Source: Arcobacteraceae bacterium
GTDB lineage: Bacteria > Campylobacterota > Campylobacteria > Campylobacterales > Arcobacteraceae
Direction: 5' to 3'
DNA: 38,845 nucleotides
NCBI GenBank assembly: GCA_965224485.1
Contig: CBDCZH010000024.1
Coordinates: forward strand, 1-38,845
Positions 17,873 to 28,500 of the stretch are shown piece after piece. Numbering within the stretch: the first letter of the stretch is position 1; the number at the start of each line of letters is the position of its first letter. A program made the translations under genes and the position numbers. A model generated the notes under the pieces. It saw only the letters and a program-made list of their open reading frames with translations. It did not search any database and was not told where the DNA came from.

Positions 17873-20800
17873 CTATCTTCTTTTATCTTCTACTACATAA
17901 AACTCTTGTTGTACACCTTGTGGTAGGGTAACGCCACTATTTATTAATTGAATTAAAGAGTCTCTTCCAATTGGTACAATAGTTGTTTTGCTATTTTGCA
18001 TGATTCTTACTTCTTCTTGGGTAACTTTTTTAGTTTTTTCACCAAGTATTGGTTTTGAAACAATAGTTACTTTATCTATCTTATTTCCAAAATCAAGTTT
18101 TGTTTTTGTGAAATTTTGCTTAGATGTTTTTTGTAGCACTGGAGCTTTTATTGCAACTGTATTTATAATTGCAGTTATTGTTTTTTCTACTTTTGGGTTT
18201 CTTACAGTTATTGATTTTTTTACTTCAGCTTTTGTTATATTAGCTAAGCTTGAGGCTGTTGTTGAAGTTAAGTTATAATTATTTGCATCTGCACCTGCTA
18301 AAGTAATATTAGATATATTTACTGTTTTACTTATTCCTACATTTTTATTATCAAATAAAGAATCTTGACTAGTTCTTACCTTATCTGCACTTATAATAGC
18401 ACTTCTAATTTCTTGAACACTAGCATTTTTTGTTCCATCATATACTTTATTTGATGCCAAATATTCTAAAGTTATATCTTTTTTTGAAATATTTGCTCTT
18501 GTTGAAGCTGTTGTTGAAGGTAAGTAATAATTACTTGCTAAACCACCACTATTTCCATCTGCCAAAGAATAGCCACTTGCTTTTACAGATTTAAGTGTAC
18601 CTGCCTTTTTATCTAAAAATTTTGCTGTTCCGTGATTAAGAGTTAGTGTTTCTGCTCCTATACCTGTTGATACTTCACCCCAAGAGCTAATATTAACATC
18701 TGTTGTTCCATCATATGTCTTGTTTGAGGCTGATAAACCAGAAATATTTATTGCTTTGGGATTAATCTTTAATGTACCAGAAGTATTTCCAGTAGATGCT
18801 GTACTAAAATCTGCTTTTAAAACATTGATGCTAATACCAGAATAAGTGTTAACATCTTTAAATCCTGTTACAATATTTCCATTATATATAAAATTATAGT
18901 CTGTTCCTGCTATCCATGAATTATAAAAAGATGAACCAAAAATAGTTTCAGAGTTCCAAAGTGAACTTAAAGAAGTTTGGGCTCCATTGTAAATATAGCC
19001 ACTAAGAATATCAGAAAGTGTATAGTTTGTAATAGAGTTAATAATATTTGATGCTGAACCATTTCCAATTAATTTTCCATGATAATTATTACTTAAAATA
19101 CCTATATCAATAGTAGGAGTTAATCCATTTACAGAAACTATATCAGTATCTGCCTTATTATCCATTATAAAACTTGTAGGTTCAAGATATCCAACAATTC
19201 CACCTATGTATTTACTTGAAGAATTACTTAAATTTATATTCCCTGATGATACTGAGTTTTTAATTGAAACTTTTGTTACAGAATTATCTTTCCCAACAAT
19301 ACCACCTACATTAGACAAGGATTTAGATGAGTTTATAGTTCCATTGAATGTTGAATTTAATATTAAACCATAAAGAGAATTGCTTTCATCCTCAGAATTA
19401 TATCCTACAATACCCCCTATATTTATAGAATCGTCTATCCCTATATTTATAGTTCCTGTTACCTTACTATCACTAATTAAAGATCTGTTTTTACCTGCAA
19501 TTCCACCTACGTTGCCAATTACTAAAGAACCAGTATTTATTATTCCAGAAAAAGTACTATTTTTAATCTTTCCTGAATTATAACCAACAATCCCACCTAT
19601 TCCATTCATATAACCACCCAAATAACCATGAGAAAAATCTTTTGATAAAAAATTAAAAGTACCAGCAAATATAGCAGTATCTATTATTCCTATGGGATTA
19701 AAACATACAATAGCACCCATTTTAGAAACTGCTGATGTTGCTTTAATAGTAAGAATTGCATTGCTATAAACATTTTTTATCATACCTTCATTTAGAGAAA
19801 TCATTCCTCCTATAGAAAATCCGTTAATATCTATAATACCTGTTTGAGATAACTCACTTGCGCTACCATAATTATCAGCAATTAAGAGTCCTGTCATAGC
19901 ATTCTGACGTACTCCTACTTCTACATTTTGAGTAAAATCTGTTTTTCCAGAAAGTTTTATTCCAAATACTTTAGCTCCACTATAGTTCTGCGATATAAAA
20001 GAAAGTGATTGGTCATCATACTTATTTATAATTTTAAGGTTATTAACTCCTATATTTCTGATTGTTCCATAGTTTCTAGCAAATACTCCTTGATAAGCAA
20101 ATGTTGATGTAGTCTGAAAATTATTTATTGTATTTCCTAATCCATCAAACGTACCTTCAACTTTAGAAATCCAATCTCCAGTTTTAGGATCAGAAGAGAA
20201 ATCAATGTCTTTTCCTATTGCATAATACTGGGAACTAGAAATATTTCCTATATCATTACTTGTATTTATAATAGTGTAATCTTTAGCATTTATATTTAAT
20301 AGTCCTATACCAATTCTCGCACCATAATTAACCTTACCCCTAAAGGCAGTTTCATTCCAAATACCATATCTAATGTTTCCATTTGTTTCATCAAAATTCA
20401 TTGCCAAAGTACCAGTCCCAAAACTTAAATCAAGAACAGAGAATACATTAATATCATTTCCTGCTTTTAGGCTTAAAAGACCTTTGTTCCAAGTAATATC
20501 TTCATTAATAAAAATATCATTATCTGCTTGAAGTGTTACTCCTGTTCCAGAGTTTAAAGTAGATTGTATAAAAGATGCTTTAATACTAGAACCAGTTAAA
20601 CTACTAGCTCCTGATGATTCAACAGTAATATTTGTAGGATCTATTAACCACTGTTTTGCTTGAATAGTAGTATTATCATTCATTTTAAAAGTTTTTCCAG
20701 AAGTTTCTATAAAACCATCTTTAGCTTTTAAACTTCCAGCAATTCTAACTTCTCCTCCATGGGCAAAGAGTTCTATTTTTCCTGTAATATCATTAAAATT

Positions 20801-21556
20801 TTGTGCTTCAAGAATTCCTGTATTATTTACAACACCTTTTAGTAAATCATCAAGAGCATTTGTAGTAAGATATATTTCTCCACCTTTAGTATAAACGGCA
20901 CCTTTGTTTTGAACTAAAGCATCTAAAACACCTTTTTTTACACTTAAGTTAAGTAAAGAGTTTCCATTTAAACTAAGTAGAACTTCAGAAGCTCCTACTA
21001 AGTGTACTTTTCCACGAACTACTTTTATATTTCCTTCATTTGAAATATTCTTTCCTATAAGAGTTACATATCCAGAATCACTTATATCTATTTCTCCAAG
21101 ATTTATAATAGATTGTGAACTATTACCTTTAAATAAATACTTTCCACTATTAAAATCATCATCAGATAAATTCTTAGTACTAGCTAATAATCCTGCTGTA
21201 TTAATTCTGGCATCTTTACCAAATAAAATACCATTAGAGTTTAAAATCCAAACTTGTCCTTTTGCATTTAAAGCCCCGTTTATAATACTTCTTTCATTTC
21301 CTATAACTCTATTTAAGGTAATAGAGTTTTTATTTATTTGATTGAAGTTTACAGTTTCACCTTTTTTAATATTAAATCTGTTCCAGTTTATAGAAGCTTT
21401 TGTTGTACTTTGATTTATATTAGTAACTAAACCATTTTGAGAAATACTAGCGCTTCCACTTGTAACAATACCACCGCTTGGAGAGGCATAAGTTATGCTT
21501 ACACTTCCTAATAAAGCAGCTGTTATTAGTGATATTTTAGGTTTTAATAATTTCAT
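17873..21556 (-). CDS. TpsA1, filamentous haemagglutinin-like exoprotein with GLUG-like repeats and two YDG repeats
   Basis: Signal peptide plus TPS domain (ASINWNRFNI, LNRVIG, NSNGILFG, WLIDP); xGGIVGxN repeats; SASNKTYDGTT and ASNKVYDGTK YDG repeats; upstream of TpsB1. Confidence 0.93.
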   Translation of the reverse strand: MKLLKPKISLITAALLGSVSITYASPSGGIVTSGSASISQNGLVTNINQSTTKASINWNRFNIKKGETVNFNQINKNSITLNRVIGNERSIINGALNAKGQVWILNSNGILFGKDARINTAGLLASTKNLSDDDFNSGKYLFKGNSSQSIINLGEIDISDSGYVTLIGKNISNEGNIKVVRGKVHLVGASEVLLSLNGNSLLNLSVKKGVLDALVQNKGAVYTKGGEIYLTTNALDDLLKGVVNNTGILEAQNFNDITGKIELFAHGGEVRIAGSLKAKDGFIETSGKTFKMNDNTTIQAKQWLIDPTNITVESSGASSLTGSSIKASFIQSTLNSGTGVTLQADNDIFINEDITWNKGLLSLKAGNDINVFSVLDLSFGTGTLAMNFDETNGNIRYGIWNETAFRGKVNYGARIGIGLLNINAKDYTIINTSNDIGNISSSQYYAIGKDIDFSSDPKTGDWISKVEGTFDGLGNTINNFQTTSTFAYQGVFARNYGTIRNIGVNNLKIINKYDDQSLSFISQNYSGAKVFGIKLSGKTDFTQNVEVGVRQNAMTGLLIADNYGSASELSQTGIIDINGFSIGGMISLNEGMIKNVYSNAILTIKATSAVSKMGAIVCFNPIGIIDTAIFAGTFNFLSKDFSHGYLGGYMNGIGGIVGYNSGKIKNSTFSGIINTGSLVIGNVGGIAGKNRSLISDSKVTGTINIGIDDSINIGGIVGYNSEDESNSLYGLILNSTFNGTINSSKSLSNVGGIVGKDNSVTKVSIKNSVSSGNINLSNSSSKYIGGIVGYLEPTSFIMDNKADTDIVSVNGLTPTIDIGILSNNYHGKLIGNGSASNIINSITNYTLSDILSGYIYNGAQTSLSSLWNSETIFGSSFYNSWIAGTDYNFIYNGNIVTGFKDVNTYSGISINVLKADFSTASTGNTSGTLKINPKAINISGLSASNKTYDGTTDVNISSWGEVSTGIGAETLTLNHGTAKFLDKKAGTLKSVKASGYSLADGNSGGLASNYYLPSTTASTRANISKKDITLEYLASNKVYDGTKNASVQEIRSAIISADKVRTSQDSLFDNKNVGISKTVNISNITLAGADANNYNLTSTTASSLANITKAEVKKSITVRNPKVEKTITAIINTVAIKAPVLQKTSKQNFTKTKLDFGNKIDKVTIVSKPILGEKTKKVTQEEVRIMQNSKTTIVPIGRDSLIQLINSGVTLPQGVQQEFYVVEDKRR

Positions 21557-21669
21557 TGTTTTCCTATCTTATATTATCTTTATACTTATTTTAAAGTATA
21601 GTAATAAATAATTTCAAATGAATTTTAAAATAATTTTATTTTGAAACTATTTTGGTACTTTTAGATAAT
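21171..21669. repeat. Duplicated block copy A (tpsA 5' end plus upstream region)
   Basis: 21171-21570 vs 28661-29060: 9 mismatches in 400 bp by hand count; 21579-21669 vs 29101-29191: 1 mismatch in 91 bp. Confidence 0.95.
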
Positions 21670-21759
21670 GGTAAAGCTTGAAATAGAAGGAAGTTATTGG
21701 GATAAGATAGTTTTCTTTGACGTAATTAAAAAATAGTTAATTATATTAATAATCAAGTT

Positions 21760-22353
21760 CTAAAACTGGATTATTTCATTTTTTGATAAATATTTCAATA
21801 TTAGTTTTACATTGTTACTAATTGAATTCTCACCAAGAATAATTTCGGCATCATTTGCTTTTTCATAAATAGAATCAATACCTGTAAAATCTTTTATTTC
21901 TCCTTTTCTTGCTTTTTTATATAAACCTTTTGGATCTCTTTGTTCACAAATATTTAGTGGAGTATTAAGAAACACTTCAATAAACTCATCATTTTTAACT
22001 AAACTTCTAGCATGTTTTCTGTCTTTTTTAAAAGGAGAAATAAATGCTGTTATTACAACTATTCCAGCATCACACAATATCTGAGAAACATGAGCTACTC
22101 TTCTTATATTTTCTTCTCTATCTTTTTTTGAAAATCTTAAATCTTTATTTAATCCAGTTCTTAAGTTATCTCCATCAAGTAAGTATGTTTTTAATCCTTT
22201 CTTATATAACTCTATCTCAAGTTCATTCGCTAGTGTTGTTTTACCACTTGCACTTAATCCTGTAATCCAAATGATAAATGGTTTTTGATTTTGATTTTTC
22301 ATTCTTAATTCTTTTGTAACAATGTCTTTTGAGATAAAAATATTATTATTCAT
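21760..22353 (-). CDS. cysC: Adenylyl-sulfate (APS) kinase
   Basis: IWITGLSASGKTTLA P-loop, LLDGDNLR, DREENIRRVA, AFISPF, RDPKGLYKKARKGEIKDFTGIDS. Confidence 0.97.
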   Translation of the reverse strand: MNNNIFISKDIVTKELRMKNQNQKPFIIWITGLSASGKTTLANELEIELYKKGLKTYLLDGDNLRTGLNKDLRFSKKDREENIRRVAHVSQILCDAGIVVITAFISPFKKDRKHARSLVKNDEFIEVFLNTPLNICEQRDPKGLYKKARKGEIKDFTGIDSIYEKANDAEIILGENSISNNVKLILKYLSKNEIIQF

Positions 22354-22384
22354 TGTCTAAATCTTTTTTTGTAAAACTCTTCAT
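22346..22384 (-). pseudogene. 12-codon mini-ORF (MKSFTKKDLDNE*) coupling the TIGR03032 gene to cysC; possible remnant of a deleted gene
   Basis: ATG overlaps the upstream TAA (TAATG) with GGAG 7 nt upstream (22395-22392); its stop overlaps the cysC start (ATGAATAA). Confidence 0.45.
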
Positions 22385-23808
22385 TATTGAACTCCATATT
22401 GTTCTTTTAAAACATTTAAAGATATTTTTGCTTGTTCGTAGTTTGGATTTACTTCTAAAGCTTTTGAGAAGTATTTTTTTGCATTTACTTTATCATTTTG
22501 TTTAAAATATAAGTATCCTAAAGAATTATAAGCTTCTTCTATTGAAGCGTCATTTTCTATTACATTAAAAAGAAGTTCTTTGGCTTTTTCAAACTCTCCT
22601 AAATCTCCTAAAGCAATGGCAATGTTTAATGTAGCAGGAAGATAATCAGCTTGTATATCTAATGCTTTTTTGAATTGTTCTATTGCTTCTATTTTTTTGT
22701 TTTCATTAAAAAGATCCATTCCTTTTTCAAATAAGGGAGCTGCTAATTCTATATCTTCACTTGGCATTTGAACAGAAGCTAAATCTTCATTTGATACTAA
22801 ATAATTTATTTTTGATAAATCATGACTATGATGAAGAATTTTTGGATTTTTATGAGGAACAATGCATACAGAAAATATTTCATCAATTCCTTGAGTAAAT
22901 TCTACAAATGAAACTGTTTCACCACTTACTATATTTACAACCCATACACCACAAACTCTTTTATTCAATTTTGTAATTTCTAATCCACTAAACATTGCAC
23001 TTTCTCTGATTTTTGATAAACCAATAAATGCAAAATCTCCTACAAACTGTATTCCTCTTGTAAATCCTGGAACTTTTGCGACTTCAGTTATTTTTTTAGC
23101 ATCAAGGTCTAAATATGATAATAAACCTTTTCCCGATTCTAAAAACCAAAGTTTATTCTTATACCATCTTGGAGAATGAGGCATTGATAGATTTGTTGCT
23201 AATATTTCATTATTTGTAATATCCATCAACATTCCTCCATTAACTTTTTTTTCTCTCCAACCCAAAGCTTGATCTGATTGGCCTAATAAAGTTACGTATC
23301 TAGGTTCATTATCACGTGTACAAAATCCATTTAGATGACATTTATCTAAAGGTTGTAATAAAGATATAAAAGGTGGTTTCCAAATAGGTTTAAAACTATT
23401 ACTGTGATCAGCAATACACAAGCAAGAAAAACTTGTATTTATAAAATAAAGATTATCTTGACAATATTCCATTTCATGAATATCTATACTTCCAGTAATG
23501 TTTATATTCATAGGTAAATAACATGCATCATAAACTTTTTTCTCATCTATTTTGGATACCGCATTTTCTAAGTTTGTAAACTCCCATATGGTATGTCCAA
23601 ATCCTGCCCAAATTTTATTATCAGCAGTATACATTCCCATAGGTCTATCAAACTCAATAAAATTTGCATCAAGCTTATTTTCACGCTCACTTAATGTAAT
23701 TAATTTTTTAGACTGGTATGTCGAAATTAATATTGAAGCATTTAAATTTTTTAAGATACTTGGAAAATTAGAAGTATGATTACATCTAAAATTTTCATTA
23801 TTTTCCAT
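22384..23808 (-). CDS. TIGR03032/DUF4915-family protein with C-terminal TPR repeats
   Basis: Motifs recalled for TIGR03032 (ISTYQ, RPMG, TGSIDIHEM, NTSFSCL, WKPPFIS, DKCHLNG, LSMPHSPRW, PGFTRG, GLSKIRE); about three TPRs (EAYNSLGYLY...ALEVNPNY); no signal peptide; AAGGA RBS. Confidence 0.85.
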   Translation of the reverse strand: MENNENFRCNHTSNFPSILKNLNASILISTYQSKKLITLSERENKLDANFIEFDRPMGMYTADNKIWAGFGHTIWEFTNLENAVSKIDEKKVYDACYLPMNINITGSIDIHEMEYCQDNLYFINTSFSCLCIADHSNSFKPIWKPPFISLLQPLDKCHLNGFCTRDNEPRYVTLLGQSDQALGWREKKVNGGMLMDITNNEILATNLSMPHSPRWYKNKLWFLESGKGLLSYLDLDAKKITEVAKVPGFTRGIQFVGDFAFIGLSKIRESAMFSGLEITKLNKRVCGVWVVNIVSGETVSFVEFTQGIDEIFSVCIVPHKNPKILHHSHDLSKINYLVSNEDLASVQMPSEDIELAAPLFEKGMDLFNENKKIEAIEQFKKALDIQADYLPATLNIAIALGDLGEFEKAKELLFNVIENDASIEEAYNSLGYLYFKQNDKVNAKKYFSKALEVNPNYEQAKISLNVLKEQYGVQ

Positions 23809-23878
23809 TATTTATTCCTTTTAAATTTATTAAAAATATTATATTTATTATTGCACAATACATAAATAGTGTAATATT

Positions 23879-25546
23879 CTAAAATACCCAACCAGCTTGT
23901 ATCATAAATCTTGAAGAATAATCTTCTTGTGATTTTACATCATGAGCTATATTATATGATAAATGAGTATTTATGAACATATCTTTATATGAAGCATAAT
24001 ATCCAATACCAAAATCTTGTAATGTTTTTGTTTTTTTATTTGTTATATCTTGACTCATATAAGTTCTAGCTATATCATAAAAAATACTTATAGAAGAGTT
24101 TACTTCTTTATACTTAGGAAGAGTATAAAATAGTTCTGTATTAAATATATACCCATTTTCAGCACTTCCTTCACCATCTGGATAATATTTAACGCCATAA
24201 ATACCACCAATACTTAAATCTTGACTTCCATCTAAATTTTTATTACCTAAAGCATATTGCAGTTGAAGAGAATTTTCCCATCTAACTTTATCATTTATTT
24301 CAAAATCTTGACCTAGTTCTATGTTTATTTTATAAAAATTACCATTAGTATTAGCGCCTAATTCATCTTTTTTTTCATCTTCTTTATTATTAAAGTTTAA
24401 AGATCCTGCTAGTAAAGAGAAATTTAGTCTTGATTGAGAATTTTTATTAAATAGTACAAAGTCTTTTGTATAATCTGTTCCTATTTTTAGGATAACAGAA
24501 TTTTTTTGGGAACTATTTTTTAATATTTTATCTTCCATTTTATTATACGAAGTATCAAAATAAAGTTTTAAATTTTCTAGTCTTGATCTTATAAATGGGT
24601 ATGTTACTTTAAAAGATATACTATTAGAACCTCCTCTAGCATCAAGAGATTTATAAATATCACCTAAGGTATAAGTGGTTTTAGAATAAGAAATATCACC
24701 TCTTAATCCATTTGAATAAAGAGGAAAACTATAAGCTAAGCTAGCATTTAAAAGTCCAGTATTTTCAGAACTTAAAGCTGAAAATGTTATTTTATCACCT
24801 ATTTTAAAAGGTGAATTAATATCAGCACCTACCATAATTCTATGTTTTCCTGTATAAATAGAACCATAATTATCACCTAAAATATATCCATTATACTTTT
24901 TACTTGCATTAGTTCCAATTATAAAATCACTAGTACCAATTTTTTGTCCAGGTCTGACTTCTGCTTTATTTACAAGTACACCAGGAGTATCATTGATAAT
25001 AAGCATTACTCTTTCAAGAGTAGTAGTTGATACTATATCTTTATCTTTTATATCATCTAAGTTTGCTTGTATAATTGAGTTTTTTACTAATGAATTGTTT
25101 TCTAGATTAAATATGCCATAACTTCCTTCAATAATATTGATTCTTAACATTCCTTCTTGAGAAAGAATACTTTGTTCTGGAATATAAGCTCTTGCTACAA
25201 AATAACCTTTTTCTCTATATTCTTTAGTTATTAAAGCAGCAATATCTTGCATATCTCTAAAACTTAAGGCTGTATTTTCAAAAGGTTTTACAATTGTTTT
25301 TAAGATTTTATTATCTATATATTTTGAGCCACTAATCAAAATGTTTTTAACTTCTATTTTTTTAGCATTTTGCTCTGCTTTTGGAATATGTGCTTTGTCT
25401 ACTTTAAGTGAAGGTATATCATTTCTTTCTTTTTCAAGCTTTGGTGGTTTTACTTCTTTTAAAGCATCAGAAATATTTGGAATTACTGCTGCTTGTAAAG
25501 ATAATGATGTTATTAAGCTTAGTGCTATTAGATTTCTTTTTTTCAT
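23879..25546 (-). CDS. TpsB2, ShlB/FhaC/HecB-family translocator
   Basis: YREKGYFVARAYIPEQ, LERVMLIINDTPG, DNYG...TG, NLDGSQDLSIGGIYGVKYYP, C-terminal WVF; 4-bp overlap with tpsA2. Confidence 0.94.
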   Translation of the reverse strand: MKKRNLIALSLITSLSLQAAVIPNISDALKEVKPPKLEKERNDIPSLKVDKAHIPKAEQNAKKIEVKNILISGSKYIDNKILKTIVKPFENTALSFRDMQDIAALITKEYREKGYFVARAYIPEQSILSQEGMLRINIIEGSYGIFNLENNSLVKNSIIQANLDDIKDKDIVSTTTLERVMLIINDTPGVLVNKAEVRPGQKIGTSDFIIGTNASKKYNGYILGDNYGSIYTGKHRIMVGADINSPFKIGDKITFSALSSENTGLLNASLAYSFPLYSNGLRGDISYSKTTYTLGDIYKSLDARGGSNSISFKVTYPFIRSRLENLKLYFDTSYNKMEDKILKNSSQKNSVILKIGTDYTKDFVLFNKNSQSRLNFSLLAGSLNFNNKEDEKKDELGANTNGNFYKINIELGQDFEINDKVRWENSLQLQYALGNKNLDGSQDLSIGGIYGVKYYPDGEGSAENGYIFNTELFYTLPKYKEVNSSISIFYDIARTYMSQDITNKKTKTLQDFGIGYYASYKDMFINTHLSYNIAHDVKSQEDYSSRFMIQAGWVF

Positions 25547-28500
25547 TTTATATTCCCTTCTTTCTTATCTGCTATATAAAATTCTTGTTCAATACCATCA
25601 GGTAAACTTACTCCACCATCTACTAATTGAATAATTGAGCTTCTTGAAAGTGAGACTCTTACTTCATCTACATTATCTATTCCTAGTGCATCTGCTTGTA
25701 TCTGTTTGGCTTCGCTTAGTGATATTCTTGTTGTAGCTTGTCCTTCAATTGGTTTTGAGACAATCATTTTATTTTCACCTATCAAAAATGCTATATTTAC
25801 ATTTTTACCACGATTGAGAGGTGTAGTAGTTTGGATTTTTGGAAGAGTTATTTTAATAGCTTCTTTATTTACTATTGAAGTTATTATTTTTTCTATCTCT
25901 TGATTAGGTTCTATTTTAACTTTTGGTTTAGGTTCTATTTCTGGTTTTATTATGACTGGAGTAATTTCTATGTTTGTACCTATTAGCCATAAAGGTTTAG
26001 AAACTCCGGATTTACCTACTTGCCAAGATAAGATTGGGCTTCCTTTTTTTATAGATGAGTCTTCTACTATATCCCATGGTGTAGCAAAATTATTAAATGT
26101 ACTTATATTTTTTAGTTCTTTCGTAGTTTTTCCATAAGAATCATTACTTCCCTCACTTGTTATCTGTCCTGTTGTTTCTTTATTCCAAAATGAGTTTTTT
26201 ATAGTTTCCGAATCAACATATCCAGCTAATCCTCCTAGATCATCACTTCCACTTACAGATCCTGTTGCATATGAATTTGTAATAGAGCCTTCGTGGCCAT
26301 TTCCAAGTAATCCTCCTACATAATTTGTTCCACTTACAGATCCTGTTGCATATGAATTTGTAATAGAGCCTTTATAGGAATGTCCAAGTAATCCTCCTAC
26401 ATTCTTACTTCCACTTACAGATCCGGTTGCATATGAATTTGTAATAGAGCCTTTATAGGAATCTCCAAGTAATCCTCCTACAGCTTCAGTTCCACTTACA
26501 GATCCTGTTGCATATGAGTTTTTAATTAAACTCTCATTTTCTCCTTCTAAGAACAAGTTAACATTTGAATCAAATTCTAAACTACCTATAATTCCACCTA
26601 TATATAATTCACCATTTACAGAAGCTGTTGCATATGAGTTTTTAATACTTCCCTTACATAATCCAGTTAATCCTCCTATATAATTTGTACCCCTTACCGA
26701 TCCTGTTGTATATGAGCTTTCTATTATTGAATTATAACTATATCCAAGCAATCCTCCAATACGTTCATTTCCCTCAATACTAATATTTTCTAATCCTAAA
26801 TTAGTAATCTTTACATTATTTGAATATCCAAAAAAACCAAGATACTGATTATTTAACTTAATATTTAGATTTGAAATTATTTTTGAGTTTCCATCAAAGT
26901 TTGATTTTAAAATTGGAATATAAAAATTACTAATACTTGATAAATCTAAATTATTTATTAATTTAAAATTATTAGCAGATAAAGAAGAAAATCCTAAAAT
27001 ATCTTTTAAATTATCTATCGTAGATATTTCATAAACACCATTATTCAAGGTGAAATAATCAGAAATATTTAGTACTTTATCTTGAGACCAATCAGTAAAT
27101 TGTTTATCATATAAACCATAAGGGGTAACAATAGAAGTTTTTTCATTTATTTTAGTAGCATCTATATTATAAAAACTATTTTCAACTTTATTTATATCAT
27201 TAAAATTTCCTATTAAGCCTCCAAAATTTGAACTTCCACTTACACTTCCACCAGAAAAAAAAGAGTTATCCAAAGAAGAATTGTTATCCAAATCATAAAT
27301 ATTATGTATATAACCAACTAATCCACCAGTATTATTAGTTCCAGATACATTTCCTGAAGCATTAGCGTTTGTAATAGTAGTTATAGTAATATAGCCAGCT
27401 ATTGCCCCCACTTTCTCTTTTCCTTTAATACTCGAATTAACTAATGTTATATTTTGTATTGTTGACTCACTTATCCTACTAAAAAGACCAATATAGTCTT
27501 TATCTGGTCTATTTATTGTAAGATTTGAAATTGTATGTCCTAAACCATCAAATTTTACTTTAAAATTATATACATCCAGTCCCAGCGATTTAAATCCAGA
27601 GCCAGAATTCCAATCAAAAGTAGCAGCAGCATCAATATCTCCACCTAAAACATAATTTTTGGGTAAATTTATATTTAAATATAAATTTATACCTTGTAAG
27701 TCTGTTCCAGAAACTGAGCCTTGAGCACCTAATTCTGTGATTACTCTCCAATTTGTTACCGCTACATCATTTCCTATTTTTGTTTTAAAGTTATCTCCAG
27801 CTTTTAAATTTACCTTTGCATTGATATGATATTTTGCCGTGTTATTTATATTTACACTATCTTGCCCAAAGTGTAATTCTAATTTTCCATTATCATTATT
27901 TGCAGTAATATCTTTATTTATATAAATATCTCTTGCGGCACTTAAGGTAAGTGTTTTAGCAGTATTCCAAGTGATTTCACTATCTACTATAATATTGCCA
28001 TCTCCTGTACTTTGGCTAGAAGAAGTATTTGGAGTATTCCCTCCATCTGTAGTAATACTTACATCTGCACTTACAAGTGCAGACTCAATAGCGTTTGATA
28101 AAGTATCATCAATAGTAATATTTACAGGATCAATTAACCATTTATCAGCTTTAATTTCTACATCTTCAACAATAGTAAATTTTTTACCAGAAGTTTCTAT
28201 AAAACCACCCTCAGCTTTTATTGTGCCTCCTACTTTGACTTCTCCCCCATGGGCAAAAAGTTCTACATATCCTGAAACACCATCCAATGAATTTGCTTCA
28301 ATAATACCTTTGTTATTTACTACACCTTTCAATAATTCATTTAGAGCATAAGTACTTAGATATATCTCACCTGCATCTGAATAAATTGCTCCTTTGTTTT
28401 CTACAAGGGCATCAAGTAATCCTTTTTTTACCCTTAAATCTATTATTGAATTTCCATTTAGCTTTATACTTACTTCCTCTGCACCAACAAATCTTACACT

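Noticed and set aside
22354..22384. A7 slippage producing an N-terminally extended CysC
   Set aside because: An in-frame TAG two codons before the cysC ATG blocks any such fusion.
26225..26530. CRISPR-like appearance of regularly spaced repeats
   Set aside because: Period is 81 bp and in frame within tpsA2, the intervening parts are homologous to each other, and no cas genes are present.
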